Program-made: the position numbers and the translations under genes
In this document: positions 26,316 to 37,553 of the stretch, one piece after another
Numbering within the stretch: the stretch's first letter is position 1
Layout of the letters: each line of letters begins with the position of its first letter
Notes under the pieces: model-generated
Seen by the model: the letters and a program-made list of their open reading frames with translations, nothing else
What the model was told of the DNA's origin: nothing
Database searches by the model: none
Assembly (NCBI GenBank): GCA_019058315.1
Contig: JAHPZH010000009.1
Location: 1 to 64,000 of the forward strand
Direction: 5' to 3'
Length of the DNA stretch: 64,000 nucleotides
Source of the DNA: Candidatus Helarchaeota archaeon
Lineage (GTDB): Archaea; Asgardarchaeota; Lokiarchaeia; Helarchaeales; RDOG01

Positions 26316-26807
26316 CTTCTCAATCAAATTGGTGCAAAATATCTAAAGACAATTAATCAATCTGATATATATTTTAATCATCCTCAAAAAGATTTTAAAA
26401 AAACTGATGAAGCTTTACGAATAAGGCAAGAAGAAAATAAATATATACTAACTTATAAAGGTCCAAAAATAGACAAAAAATCAAAAACTCGGGAGGAATT
26501 AGAGGTCCGCTTTGAGGAACAGACAAAATTACAAGAAATTTTAGAAAAATTAGGTTTTAAAGAAGTATATGAGGTAAAGAAATCAAGAAAATTATTTGAT
26601 TTGGATGGAATTAAAATTTCAATCGATAATATCGAAGATCTAGGTACATTTATTGAACTAGAAACTGAAATTGATAGTAAAGAAGATGTTTTAAATGCAG
26701 TAAATCTCTTATTAGCAAAATTAAAACTATTGGGTATTTCTGAAACAAAGACGGAAAGACGTTCCTATCTTGAATTATTGCTAGAGAAATTACAAAATGA
26801 AAAATAA
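26253..26807 (+). CDS. cyaB: CYTH-domain / class IV adenylate cyclase
   Basis: IEVEVK, QSDIYF, ALRIR, LTYKGPK, FIELE, SYLELL. Confidence 0.92.
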   Translation: MLFMIEVEVKAWLENERKLEQLLNQIGAKYLKTINQSDIYFNHPQKDFKKTDEALRIRQEENKYILTYKGPKIDKKSKTREELEVRFEEQTKLQEILEKLGFKEVYEVKKSRKLFDLDGIKISIDNIEDLGTFIELETEIDSKEDVLNAVNLLLAKLKLLGISETKTERRSYLELLLEKLQNEK

Positions 26808-26811
26808 TGCT

Positions 26812-27882
26812 TTAAAGACTTATTGTGCAATTTTCTCCAATGATCAATTTATAACCTGACTCAGGAAGTTGTTCTTTGATTGAACCTATTATTGAATTCT
26901 TTCCTATTAGGCTATCTATAATTCTTTTTCCACAATTAATATGGGTTTCTCCAATAATTATCGAACACTCGATTTCTCCTCCGATTATAGTCGTATTATC
27001 ACCAATGGATGTGTATGGTCCCACATAAGTATTTGGCCCTATTGTACAATTGTCACCAATTATTACTGGACCTCTTATTCTTGTGCCCTCTTTAATTATT
27101 GTGTTTTTACCAATATCTATATTACCAATTATATTCACATTTTGTTCAATTTTTCCTTTTAATGAAGATTTCAAATCCATCAATACTAATTGGTTCACTT
27201 CCAAGAGATCTTCTGGCTTTCCTGTGTCTTTCCACCATCCTGCAACTATTTTGGCATGAACTGAATGGTTCGTATCGATTAATCCTTGAATTGCTTCAGT
27301 TATTTCCAATTCATTCCTCCAAGAGGGTTTGAGTTTACTAATAGCATCAAATATCGTTGAATTGAAGAAATAGACTCCTACCAGAGCTAAGTCAGTTTTT
27401 GGCTCCTTTGGTTTTTCTACGAGTCTTATAACTTTATCGCCCTCCATTTCGGCTACACCAAACTGTTGTGGATTAGGTACATGACATAATGAGATCAAAG
27501 CATCATAGTTTGAATTTTTATAATCTAAATACAGGTCTTTAATACCATTCTTTAATATATTATCTCCCAAATACATCACAAATTCATCATCTTTTAGAAA
27601 GTCCTTTGCTGTCTTGACAGCATGTGCTAATCCAGCAGGTTTATCTTGTTCTATATATGTTACTTTTAGTCCAAATTTAGAGCCATCTTTAACTGCATTC
27701 TTAACTTCATCTTTTGTGTGACCTACAATAATACCAACATCAGTTATGTCACACTCTTTGATATCTTCTAAAACATAGAATAAAATGGGTTTATTAGCTA
27801 CAGGTATTAATTGTTTAGCTCCAGTATGAGTAAAAGGTCGTAATCTGGTTCCAGTTCCACCAGATAAAACTAGTGCTTTCAA
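26812..27882 (-). CDS. rmlA: Glucose-1-phosphate thymidylyltransferase (long form)
   Basis: LSGGTGTRLRP, KQLIPVANKP, VEKP, WWKDTG, C-terminal hexapeptide repeats. Confidence 0.95.
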   Translation of the reverse strand: MKALVLSGGTGTRLRPFTHTGAKQLIPVANKPILFYVLEDIKECDITDVGIIVGHTKDEVKNAVKDGSKFGLKVTYIEQDKPAGLAHAVKTAKDFLKDDEFVMYLGDNILKNGIKDLYLDYKNSNYDALISLCHVPNPQQFGVAEMEGDKVIRLVEKPKEPKTDLALVGVYFFNSTIFDAISKLKPSWRNELEITEAIQGLIDTNHSVHAKIVAGWWKDTGKPEDLLEVNQLVLMDLKSSLKGKIEQNVNIIGNIDIGKNTIIKEGTRIRGPVIIGDNCTIGPNTYVGPYTSIGDNTTIIGGEIECSIIIGETHINCGKRIIDSLIGKNSIIGSIKEQLPESGYKLIIGENCTISL

Positions 27883-27898
27883 ATTTTTTCACCATTCA

Positions 27899-28792
27899 CT
27901 ATCTTTCTTGTTGTTCTTTCATTAATAATAGTGCTTCGGATATAGTTAATAATTTTATATTTAAAATAGTTGAAGCTTTTGTCGTATCCAAACAACTTAA
28001 TTTGGGTCTATTTGCTAATTGTTCAAAATATTCAATAGGTTTTATAAGAGATTTATTTAAATTAAAAGTATCCGCAACTTTTAATGCAAATTTATAACGA
28101 TCCAAGCATTCTTTCCCACAAATATGAAATAATCCATATTGATTTTTTTTAACTATTATCAATAAAGCTTCAGCTAAATTATCAGCTAAAGTGGGTGTAT
28201 TAACTTGAGTAGTTACAATATTTATAGGATTATCATTTTCTAATTCATTAATAATCCATGTAACGTAATTGTTATTTTGCTCTTTTGTATTCCAACCAAA
28301 TAAGACACTAGTTCTAGCAATTGCATATTTAATTTGAAATTTTTCAATGGCTTTCTCACCTTCTAATTTTGAAAGACCATAATAGCTTATTGGGTTTGGA
28401 GTATCTTCTTCTGAATAATTTCCTTTCTTACCATCAAAAACAAAATCTGTAGAAATATAAATTAAGTTAGATTTTACTTCTTCACAAGCTGAGGCAACAT
28501 TTCTTGGTCCTTCTACATTGACTTTCCAAGCTTCATCATGATGATTTTCACAATAATCAACTGCAGTTAATGCAGCGGTTAATATTACAATATTAGGTCT
28601 GATTTTTTCAATTAATTTTAAAACATTTGATTTATTGGTAATATCTACCTTAAAATAATTAGATTTATCAATATTTTTTATAGGTTTAAGGTCTGCTCCA
28701 ATAGTTTTATAATATTTTGAAAAGAGTTTGTATGTTTTTAATCCGAGTAACCCACTACTTCCAATAATTAAGACTCTTTCCATTTCAATCAA
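27899..28792 (-). CDS. rmlD: dTDP-4-dehydrorhamnose reductase
   Basis: GSSGLLG, TAVDYCE, ISTDFVFDG, YGLSK. Confidence 0.93.
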   Translation of the reverse strand: MIEMERVLIIGSSGLLGLKTYKLFSKYYKTIGADLKPIKNIDKSNYFKVDITNKSNVLKLIEKIRPNIVILTAALTAVDYCENHHDEAWKVNVEGPRNVASACEEVKSNLIYISTDFVFDGKKGNYSEEDTPNPISYYGLSKLEGEKAIEKFQIKYAIARTSVLFGWNTKEQNNNYVTWIINELENDNPINIVTTQVNTPTLADNLAEALLIIVKKNQYGLFHICGKECLDRYKFALKVADTFNLNKSLIKPIEYFEQLANRPKLSCLDTTKASTILNIKLLTISEALLLMKEQQER

Positions 28793-28868
28793 TTTTAAAT
28801 TTACTTTAACTTCTAAAAATAATACATATTAGTTAAAAAATTAGAATTCATTCAAAATTTAAATTGAA

Positions 28869-29876
28869 TCATATTTTTGTTTTATATCTTCTTTCATAAT
28901 ATTCTTTATATTCGCCAGATATAATTTCATTAATCCAATCTTGATTATTTTGATACCATTTAATAGTTTGATTTAAACCTTCTATAAAAGGGATTTTAGG
29001 TTTCCATTTTAATTCATTTTTTATTTTTGATGAGTCTATTGCATATCTTCTATCATGACCTGGTCTATCTGGAACAAAATCAATTAAATTTTCAGATTTG
29101 TTCATTATTTTTAAAATTAATTTGGCTAATTCTAAATTTTTAAATTCATTATTAGCACCAATGTTATAAACATTCCCTACTCTCCCTTTCAAGAGTATGT
29201 TCATTATTGCAGAACAGTGATCTTCTACATGGATCCAATCTCTCACATGTAGTCCATCGCCGTAAATAGGTATTTTCTTATCTTTAATTATGTTTAATAT
29301 CATTAAAGGCATTAATTTTTCTGGAAATTGATTCGGACCATAATTATTCGAACATCTTGTAACAATGGCTGGTAAATTGAAAGTCTTATGATAAGATAGA
29401 GTTAATAAATCAGCAGCTGCTTTACTAGCAGAATATGGGCTACTAGGGGAAAGAATTGTGGATTCAGTGAATAACCCTTTACCCTCAATTGATCCATAAA
29501 CTTCATCAGTTGAAATTTGAATATATCTTTCTATTGAGTTTTTCATGGCACAATTCAATAAGGTTTGAGTTCCAAGCACATTAGTCGTTATAAAAATATT
29601 AGGATTTTCTATAGAACGATCAACATGAGATTCAGCAGCAAAATTGATAATACTTTGACATTCTTTTAGTGACGAATCAACCAAATCAAAATTATTTATA
29701 TCTCCCTTTACAAATTCATACCTTGGATCATTTTGAATTTCTATTAAATTTTTTAAATTTCCAGCATAAGTTAATAAATCTAAGTTTTTTATTTCAATAT
29801 CTTGATATTCTCTTAAAACATATTTTATAAAATTAGATCCAATAAATCCTGCTCCTCCCGTAACTAAAATTTTCAA
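28869..29876 (-). CDS. rmlB: dTDP-glucose 4,6-dehydratase
   Basis: GGAGFIGS, AAESHVDRS, STDEVYG, YSASK, DRPGHDRRY. Confidence 0.97.
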   Translation of the reverse strand: MKILVTGGAGFIGSNFIKYVLREYQDIEIKNLDLLTYAGNLKNLIEIQNDPRYEFVKGDINNFDLVDSSLKECQSIINFAAESHVDRSIENPNIFITTNVLGTQTLLNCAMKNSIERYIQISTDEVYGSIEGKGLFTESTILSPSSPYSASKAAADLLTLSYHKTFNLPAIVTRCSNNYGPNQFPEKLMPLMILNIIKDKKIPIYGDGLHVRDWIHVEDHCSAIMNILLKGRVGNVYNIGANNEFKNLELAKLILKIMNKSENLIDFVPDRPGHDRRYAIDSSKIKNELKWKPKIPFIEGLNQTIKWYQNNQDWINEIISGEYKEYYERRYKTKI

Positions 29877-29879
29877 AAT

Positions 29880-30356
29880 TTAACCGTCCTTTCTACTCCA
29901 ATCATAAGGTATGGATTTGTCATGAGGTGGAACTCGAAATTCGTCAGGATTATCATAAATATAGACTTCAGAAACACAATTTACAACTATTGCTTCTGTT
30001 TCACTTACACATTTCCAACCATGAAGAACTCCGGGAGGAATATGAATTAACTCAGGATTATGAATTCCAATATAAAATACATTTATTTCACCTTTTGTAG
30101 GAGAATTTTCTCTATTATCATAGAGGGCTACCTTTAACATTCCAGCTACACAAGCAAAATTATCATATTGCTTTTTATGATAGTGCCAACCTTTTACTAC
30201 TCCCGGATAAGTAGTCGTTATATAAACTTGACCAAATTTTATAAATAATTCGTCATCTGCTCTTAACATCTCCATTAATCTACCTCTTTCATCAGGAATT
30301 ACTTTTAATTTTTTTGTCTTAACACCATCTATCAAATGTAAACCTTCCCTTAACAT
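29880..30356 (-). CDS. rmlC: dTDP-4-dehydrorhamnose 3,5-epimerase family (cupin)
   Basis: DERGRL.E, KGWHYH, IPPGVLHG. Confidence 0.9.
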   Translation of the reverse strand: MLREGLHLIDGVKTKKLKVIPDERGRLMEMLRADDELFIKFGQVYITTTYPGVVKGWHYHKKQYDNFACVAGMLKVALYDNRENSPTKGEINVFYIGIHNPELIHIPPGVLHGWKCVSETEAIVVNCVSEVYIYDNPDEFRVPPHDKSIPYDWSRKDG

Positions 30357-30402
30357 AAATTTATTATTATTTTTGTATAATTTACAAGTTAATAAATTAT
30401 TT

Positions 30403-31311
30403 TCAATCCAAATTAATTTTCTTTTTAAGAAATTCTAAAAAAGGTTCCCTAATTTCTTCATCTGCCAGACAAATATCAATAAATGTAGTAGCATAGCCAA
30501 AAAAATTTCCAACATCATATCTAATTGAATTTTCATCTAATTCTATTGCTAAGATTTCCATATTTTTTTTCAATAATATATTTATACTATCAGTCAGCTG
30601 ATATTCTCCACCTAATCCTATCGGCGTTTCTTTTATTGCATCAAAGATTTCTGGTTCAAATAAATATCTACCTGCTATCGCTAAATTACTGGGAGCTTTT
30701 TCAATTGATGGTTTTTCTATAAGATCTAAAATTCTATAAACATGATCGTCTATTTTCATTGGTTTTATTACTCCATAACGGGATATAAGTTCCTTAGAAA
30801 CTTTTTCGACTGCAATAATAGAAGAAGCATTTGTTTTTGTGTGAAGATCTATCATTTTATTCAAAAAATTTTTTTCTTCATTATTTTTAGATTTAACTAT
30901 TGTATCTCCTAAACTGACTACAAAAGGCTCTTCATTTACAAATCTTTCAGCTAATCCAATAGCATTAGCTAAGCCTGTTGGGTTGGGTTGTCTTGTAAAA
31001 AAGAATTGGACATCTAATTTATCATTTAAGTTAATTTCTTCCAAATATACTTTTTTCCCTTTCTTTTTTAAAAATGCATTTAATTCATTATCTGTATCGA
31101 AATGATCTTCAATACTCCTTTTTTTTAAGCCTGTTATAATTAAAATCTCTTTAATTCCAGCTTTAGCTGCTTCTTCTGCAACAAATTGAATAACTGGTTT
31201 TTTTCCTACTGGTAACATTTCTTTTGGTTGAGATTTAGTAGCTGGAAGTAGGCGTGTTCCAAAACCTGCAGCTGGGATAACACATTTTCGTATCTTGGTC
31301 ATTAATATCAC
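30403..31311 (-). CDS. galU: UTP--glucose-1-phosphate uridylyltransferase
   Basis: PAAGFGTRLLPATKSQPKEMLP, IEKP, GEYQLTD. Confidence 0.93.
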   Translation of the reverse strand: MILMTKIRKCVIPAAGFGTRLLPATKSQPKEMLPVGKKPVIQFVAEEAAKAGIKEILIITGLKKRSIEDHFDTDNELNAFLKKKGKKVYLEEINLNDKLDVQFFFTRQPNPTGLANAIGLAERFVNEEPFVVSLGDTIVKSKNNEEKNFLNKMIDLHTKTNASSIIAVEKVSKELISRYGVIKPMKIDDHVYRILDLIEKPSIEKAPSNLAIAGRYLFEPEIFDAIKETPIGLGGEYQLTDSINILLKKNMEILAIELDENSIRYDVGNFFGYATTFIDICLADEEIREPFLEFLKKKINLD

Positions 31312-31480
31312 TTTGAAATCGATAAATTCGTTTATTTTTAGACCGTTTTTTAGTCAATTTTATTAATAAATAATTGTTTAAATGTAATTTATAAAAAAAT
31401 CTAATTCATTTAAATTATTTTTATTAAGAATTTTATTTTTAACTTTTAAATTCCAATAATACAACTAAGTGAAATTTTAA

Positions 31481-32512
31481 ATGGATTCAACAATAAAACA
31501 AATAATTCAGACTATTTTTAATAATTTAAAAGATGAATTAGATGTTAACCAAAAAAATATTTTAGTTACAGGAGGAGCTGGTTTTTTAGGATCTTGGATA
31601 TGTGATATACTTGTCGAAAAAGAGGCAAATGTTATTTGTCTCGATAATTTAACTAGCGGATTAAAAGATAATATTTCTCATCTCTTTAATAGAGATAATT
31701 TTCAATTTATAGATCATGATATCACTAAACCTATTCATTTTGATAAGAAATTAGATTTAATTCTACATTTATCAAGTAGAGCATCACGTGGTGAGTTTGA
31801 AAAATTTCCAATTCAAATTTTAAAAGCTAATTTATTGGGAACTTGGATTTCCCTTGGTATAGCAAAAAAATATTCGTGTCCATTATTATTTGCGAGTACA
31901 AGCGAAATTTATGGGAATCCACCACCCGAAGAAGTTCCAACTTCTGAAGAATATTATGGTAATGTGAATCCAATTGGCCCAAGGTCTTGTTATGATGAAG
32001 GAAAAAGAGCCGGTGAGGCCTTTGTATTTTCATATTACTTACAACACAACTTAGATGTCCGAATAGTTCGAATATTTAATACCTATGGTCCAAGAATGAG
32101 GTCTGGAGATTTATATGGAAGAGTTATTCCTCGATTTATCGAACAAGCTTTGAAAAATCAGCCAATAACAGTTTATGGAGATGGAACACAAACCCGTTCT
32201 TTTATATTTGTAAGTGATGAAGTTGAGGCAATTATTCGAGCAGCACTTTTAAATTCTGCTAGAGGAAAGGTAATGAATATTGGAAATGAATTGGAATTTA
32301 AAATTATAGATTTAGCAAAAAAAATCAAAAATTTAACTAATTCTAACTCTAAAATAACATTTTACCCACTACCAAAAGATGATCCTCTCAGAAGAAGTCC
32401 TGATACAAGTAAAGCTAAAAAATTTCTAAATTGGAAACCAAAGATATCATTAGAAAAAGGTTTAGAGCTTACAATAAAATGGTATAGAAAAAAAATGCAA
32501 ATTTACAAATGA
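31481..32512 (+). CDS. UDP-glucuronate decarboxylase (UXS-like)
   Basis: ASTSEIYG, GNVNPIGPRSCYDEGKR, RIFNTYGPRM, DDPLRR. Confidence 0.92.
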   Translation: MDSTIKQIIQTIFNNLKDELDVNQKNILVTGGAGFLGSWICDILVEKEANVICLDNLTSGLKDNISHLFNRDNFQFIDHDITKPIHFDKKLDLILHLSSRASRGEFEKFPIQILKANLLGTWISLGIAKKYSCPLLFASTSEIYGNPPPEEVPTSEEYYGNVNPIGPRSCYDEGKRAGEAFVFSYYLQHNLDVRIVRIFNTYGPRMRSGDLYGRVIPRFIEQALKNQPITVYGDGTQTRSFIFVSDEVEAIIRAALLNSARGKVMNIGNELEFKIIDLAKKIKNLTNSNSKITFYPLPKDDPLRRSPDTSKAKKFLNWKPKISLEKGLELTIKWYRKKMQIYK

Positions 32513-32874
32513 AGTATGAATTTTAGAAAATATTAATTAGATTTTTTCTTTTTAAACAAGATTTTTAGAGGCAAAACCTGCTTTTTAAACTATTATATAA
32601 GGCTTGCAGTGCAGATCTAAATTTTATGCTAATATAGGAGTTGGAAAACGATATAAATTGATAAATAAGAGCTATATGGATTTTAATGACGAAATAATAT
32701 AATAAAATTAGGTGTATTTCTAGCTGTTTGGACTTTAAAATAGTCTTAAATATTAAATTTTGAATCTAGAAGATTTAAACAAAGAAATTTTGATATAGGA
32801 GAAATTTTCTAATAGCTAACTAGTACTGATTTAACATAATTTCATTATGTATAATAGAAATATGGGTTCAAAAT

Positions 32875-33987
32875 TTGGAAGAGAACAAAAAATCAAGTTC
32901 ATTTCGAAAAAATTTGTTATATTTAATATTTACTCTAATTACAATTGTTGTAATCTTATTCTATATTTTTATTAATATTCCCGCTGACACTTTTTTTCAA
33001 ATAATAACTAATTTTATTTGGAGCTGGTTTATTTTAACTTTCATAGATCTATTGTTTTGTATGTTACTTAGGGGATTACGATTGAGATTTCTTTTAAAAG
33101 AATTTAATGAAGGAGTAACTTATAGAGATTGTTTATTTTCGATATTTGGAGGTTATTATATTAATACTATATCTCCAGCAAGATTAGGGGACGTTTATAA
33201 CGCATATGTCTTGAACAAATCTAGTAATGTAAATTTAGGACATTCAGTTGGTTCTATTGTAATATCACGAATTATGGATATAGTTATATTAGTAATTTTT
33301 GCTCTTACTACTATATTTTATCATATTTTTTTCGGAAAAAGTATATTTGTAGGATTCACCCCGAGTGTCCTTCAATATCTACAACCGGTATTCATTATAA
33401 TTATTGTTATAACTGTAAGTTTCGTTCTAATTTTAATTTTTAAGAATAAATTTTTAATTTTGTTAAATAAGATATTAGGTCGTTTGCCAATAATTAAGAA
33501 AATGGAAAGAAAAGAAAGTATTGAAAAATTATCTAAAGATAGTATTAATACTATCGAATATTTCTTGAAAAATAAGAAGCTATTTTTGATTATAATTTTA
33601 TTTACATTTGGGATTGTATTTTTAGATACTTTAACAATTTTTTGCATGACACGGGCAATAAATTTTCCATTTACTTCTCTTCGGTTCTTTGCTAATGACT
33701 TATATCACAATATGCCCTTATATTTAACAATAATGACCGGAAGTATGGCTTTATTATCATTATCTTTCGTTGTCTTACCTGGTGGAATTGGACAATATGA
33801 GCTAGTAGGGGCTATTATATTAGAAAATATTGTTGGTTTAGCATTAATTCCTTGGGGTTTTACTGGTTTTACCTTTATGTTTATTGAACATCTTTTAGTT
33901 AGAGCAGCTTTTTTTTCAGTAGGAGGAAATATTTCCCTCTATAAGTTGGGTAAACCAGGAAAAGTATTAGAAGAACTTAACGATTAG
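32875..33987 (+). CDS. Lysylphosphatidylglycerol-synthase TM / UPF0104 flippase-like membrane protein
   Basis: PARLGD, SRIMD, PGGIGQYE; multiple TM segments. Confidence 0.85.
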   Translation: MEENKKSSSFRKNLLYLIFTLITIVVILFYIFINIPADTFFQIITNFIWSWFILTFIDLLFCMLLRGLRLRFLLKEFNEGVTYRDCLFSIFGGYYINTISPARLGDVYNAYVLNKSSNVNLGHSVGSIVISRIMDIVILVIFALTTIFYHIFFGKSIFVGFTPSVLQYLQPVFIIIIVITVSFVLILIFKNKFLILLNKILGRLPIIKKMERKESIEKLSKDSINTIEYFLKNKKLFLIIILFTFGIVFLDTLTIFCMTRAINFPFTSLRFFANDLYHNMPLYLTIMTGSMALLSLSFVVLPGGIGQYELVGAIILENIVGLALIPWGFTGFTFMFIEHLLVRAAFFSVGGNISLYKLGKPGKVLEELND

Positions 33988-34687
33988 ATAAAAATTTTTT
34001 TCCTTTAAATAATTCTTTTAAAAAGAATTTTGTAAATCTAATTCCCATTCTCCATGTTTGAGCTTTTCTAGCCCCTCCAATTCTCTCTAATTCTAATGTA
34101 GGAATTTCTTTTATTCTATATTTTAGTTTAGCAGCTCTAATTGTCATTTGAAATTCTATTTCATGTTCAGTTGCGTCTTGATTTAATTTTATTAATTTCT
34201 CTTTCTTGATTCCTCTAAATCCATTAATAGCATCATGTATTTTTATTTGCCAAAATAATCGTACAAGTGTCGTAAAAAATAAATTTCCCATCTTACGAAC
34301 TCTAACAGGGTCATCACTATCATCACTTTGAGCTGTTTTCATAAAACGAGAAGCAATTACGAGATCATAACCTTTTTCTAATTCCTGCTTTATTTTTAAA
34401 ATATCGTACGGATTTTCATTTCCATCAGGGCTGAAGAAAATTATGTTTTCTTGAGTAGCATGTTTAGCACCTATCAAAAAAGCTACACCCCTACCTCGAT
34501 GTTTTTGAATCAAGAGTCTTAACTTCTTATTAATTTTCATTTTCTCCCTATAAAACTTAATTGTACCATCAGTTGACCCTCCATCAATAGCAAGAACTTC
34601 ATCTACAATATCAAATGGAATTTTTTCATACATTTTAGTTATAGTTTCTATTTCGTTCAATGTTAGAATGACTAGCGTAGTTCCGAT
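33977..34687 (-). CDS. Glycosyltransferase family 2 (DPM1-like); probable ATC start
   Basis: Extension gives TTLVILTLNE; IDGGSTDGT, FFSPDG. Confidence 0.88.
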   Translation of the reverse strand: MGTTLVILTLNEIETITKMYEKIPFDIVDEVLAIDGGSTDGTIKFYREKMKINKKLRLLIQKHRGRGVAFLIGAKHATQENIIFFSPDGNENPYDILKIKQELEKGYDLVIASRFMKTAQSDDSDDPVRVRKMGNLFFTTLVRLFWQIKIHDAINGFRGIKKEKLIKLNQDATEHEIEFQMTIRAAKLKYRIKEIPTLELERIGGARKAQTWRMGIRFTKFFLKELFKGKKFLSNR

Positions 34688-34813
34688 AGGGATAAACTCC
34701 TTTTATATTTCCTTAAATTTTTTCTTTATACTATTTCTTCAATAAATTTCTCAAATTTTATTATAATTAGCATTAAAAATTCTTTTCTTTGGAAATTGTA
34801 AATATCTCGCTAA

Positions 34814-36199
34814 TTAAGTTTTTTCTTTTATCCAATCAAAATTTCTATTAATTAGTATAAATAGAACTATTCCAATTAATATACAAAAAATTGGTGTTAT
34901 TGGTATTAAGAACCTAATAGCTACTGTTTCAAGTTGCGTAAAACCTTGAAAGCTATAAAAAAATACAAATAAGAGAAGCCATGAAATAAGAAAAGGGAGA
35001 ATTCTCTCTCTTCTATATATTAAGAAAATTATTCCAACGATACTTATTATAATTTCTATAAAAAATCCACTCATTATTGCCAACAATGAATTCAAAACAT
35101 ATGTTATTGAAAAATATCCATTAGGTGTTAATATGGCATAGTCTAAGCCGGATCCCTTAAATTCAGGTATTAACCACTGAAATCGATAAAAGTGTTCGTA
35201 ATACCAAGTATAACCGAAAGTAAGAAAGCTACCGAAATGAACCATATTATATAGGAGCTGAAATGATATTAAAATTGCGATTATAAGAATAGAAATTAAA
35301 TATTTTTTCTTTTCTTTAATAATCTCATAAATACTCTTAAAAAATGAAGTTATAAGGTTGTTTTCCTGTCGAAAATTATTGAAAGTAGTAATATAATTTT
35401 CTGATAATATATAAATAATAAAGCTTATTAAAATCAATACATTTGAAATCCTGATTAATATTGCGAAACCTGAAAATATTGCAAATAGAATATAGTTAAA
35501 ATATGTAGTAATCTTGTCATTATTATCTTTTTTTTCGATTTTTAAAAAGAAATAAGTTGAAAATAATATAAAAGCTAAAGAAGTAAAATCAGATAATTCA
35601 AGAAAGCCGATATTATAAATAAATTTTGGAAAAGAAAAAATAAAAATAAATGGATAAAAACAAAATATAAGAGCACTATAAAGAGCAATTTCTTCATTTT
35701 CAAATAGATAATTCACGATTTTATAAAGTGAAAGAGTAGCTAAAGACCCCAAAATTAAACCATTGAATATTGCCCAAGGTATTAATATAGATTGGGCAAC
35801 AGGGATGAGAGGAATTAAGAAACCGACTAAGTATGCAATGGCAAAATTGGAATTGTAATCTAATACATTTAGATAAATGATAAATTTCATTGGTTCGTAT
35901 AGAGGTCCAGCAAAGTCGGGTTTAAAGATATAAAAAAAAGGAGCCATAATTAATGGTTGCCCTAATGTCTTTTGACTTGAAGGAAAGTAACCATTTGAAA
36001 TAGGAACCCCGAATTCGACAAAATATAAATGATCAGCAAATGCACATGTGCCCTGTAAAAAATACTGATAATCCACTATAAAATAAATCAATAAAATTAT
36101 TGCTTTAATGAACACAAGAAAAATTAGGAAATTCCATTTGTCTTTTAAAATCTCTTTAATTCTATCAAAATTAATATTAATCATATCTTTATCACTCAT
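34814..36199 (-). CDS. Multi-pass membrane protein, probable GT-C glycosyltransferase
   Basis: ~11 TM segments, luminal D-H..Y loop, RFLIP motif; glycan-locus context. Confidence 0.65.
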   Translation of the reverse strand: MSDKDMININFDRIKEILKDKWNFLIFLVFIKAIILLIYFIVDYQYFLQGTCAFADHLYFVEFGVPISNGYFPSSQKTLGQPLIMAPFFYIFKPDFAGPLYEPMKFIIYLNVLDYNSNFAIAYLVGFLIPLIPVAQSILIPWAIFNGLILGSLATLSLYKIVNYLFENEEIALYSALIFCFYPFIFIFSFPKFIYNIGFLELSDFTSLAFILFSTYFFLKIEKKDNNDKITTYFNYILFAIFSGFAILIRISNVLILISFIIYILSENYITTFNNFRQENNLITSFFKSIYEIIKEKKKYLISILIIAILISFQLLYNMVHFGSFLTFGYTWYYEHFYRFQWLIPEFKGSGLDYAILTPNGYFSITYVLNSLLAIMSGFFIEIIISIVGIIFLIYRRERILPFLISWLLLFVFFYSFQGFTQLETVAIRFLIPITPIFCILIGIVLFILINRNFDWIKEKT

Positions 36200-36277
36200 G
36201 AGCTAATTAACGAACAAATTACTATGATTCTAATAAAAATATTTGGAGTAATATTTTTTTTAATGTAGATTAAGATT

Positions 36278-37513
36278 TTATTTAAAAATTTTTAAAACTG
36301 ATTCAGTGAAATTCTGAATTGAGAATTTTTTACTCTTTTCATAAGCTTTTTCAGCAATTTCTTCTCTTTTCATGTTATTTTCTGCTAATTCTCTAGTGAT
36401 TTCAATTAATTCTTTTAAATTGTTTATAAGAAACCCCTCTTTTCCATTTTCAATAACTTCAACTTGGCCTCCCCCGTTAAATACTATAGGAACACAATAA
36501 TTCTGCATTGCTTCAATATTAGTAATGCCAAAATGTTCATATAACCAAGCGTGTGCCTCATCTTCCTTAAAATACAACCCTCTTAAATTCCAATAGATTT
36601 TCGCTTTTGAATAATATTCTTCCAATTCGGTGAATTTCGCATTTTCATGAAAAATAATGGGATAACCTTTTGCTAATGATTTAATATAGTTCAAATAAGC
36701 ATCCTGATTCGCTTCTTCTACAGTACCACCAATTAAATGTAGTTGCCAGTCTTTCAAACCAGTATCATACAATTTTTTGAATGCTCTAATTGCATCATGT
36801 TGTCGTTTAATTCCATATGGGTCAAATCGCCCAACGTAAATGATAAAATTTTCTTTTTTCTCCTTTTTTTGAAAAAAATCAACTGGAGGATAAAGAACTC
36901 CTCTAGGTTTTACATTCCATAGATTTTTTGTCCATTTCTCCGTAAATCTTGAATTGCAAAAAATTTCATACCTATTGAAGAATCCTGTGGGGGGATTTAG
37001 CAAATACAATAAAAAAGTATAGGTTTTAATATATATACTATTGTAATATGTGAAAATATTCCAAGTGAAATTTGTTGGAAAATGACATAACATTATATTT
37101 CTCTTAGCATGTGGATAAATACCTCTTGTCATATTTGAATTAATAAAAATATCGAAATATCTACTATATTCGCTGATTGTATTTAAATATCCTTTATAAA
37201 AGATCAAATTCAAAACAATATCCTTTATAATTGTAGATATTGTGCCTTTATTTCCCATTCTATTTATAAAATTTAAGATATTGTTGAAAATTTTATTTTT
37301 TCCAAAAAAATCCTCTTTTAATATTCTAAATTTCACTCTATCGAGTTTAACCTTGTAGAAATTTTCTAAAAATTCTCGCTTTACCTTTTTTATACTAACT
37401 ATTGTAATTTTATGCTTATTTTGTAGAGTTTGAGCAATGTACGTTGAAAATTTTCCTACACCGCCTAAAAAATGAAGAGAATCATCAAAAATTAAGATTT
37501 TCATGAAAAACAC
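36278..37513 (-). CDS. Glycosyltransferase family 4
   Basis: VGRF, EHFGITNIEAM. Confidence 0.9.
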   Translation of the reverse strand: MFFMKILIFDDSLHFLGGVGKFSTYIAQTLQNKHKITIVSIKKVKREFLENFYKVKLDRVKFRILKEDFFGKNKIFNNILNFINRMGNKGTISTIIKDIVLNLIFYKGYLNTISEYSRYFDIFINSNMTRGIYPHAKRNIMLCHFPTNFTWNIFTYYNSIYIKTYTFLLYLLNPPTGFFNRYEIFCNSRFTEKWTKNLWNVKPRGVLYPPVDFFQKKEKKENFIIYVGRFDPYGIKRQHDAIRAFKKLYDTGLKDWQLHLIGGTVEEANQDAYLNYIKSLAKGYPIIFHENAKFTELEEYYSKAKIYWNLRGLYFKEDEAHAWLYEHFGITNIEAMQNYCVPIVFNGGGQVEVIENGKEGFLINNLKELIEITRELAENNMKREEIAEKAYEKSKKFSIQNFTESVLKIFK

Positions 37514-37553
37514 TTGATTGTTAATAAATAAAAATTAGTTAAAAATGAATCAA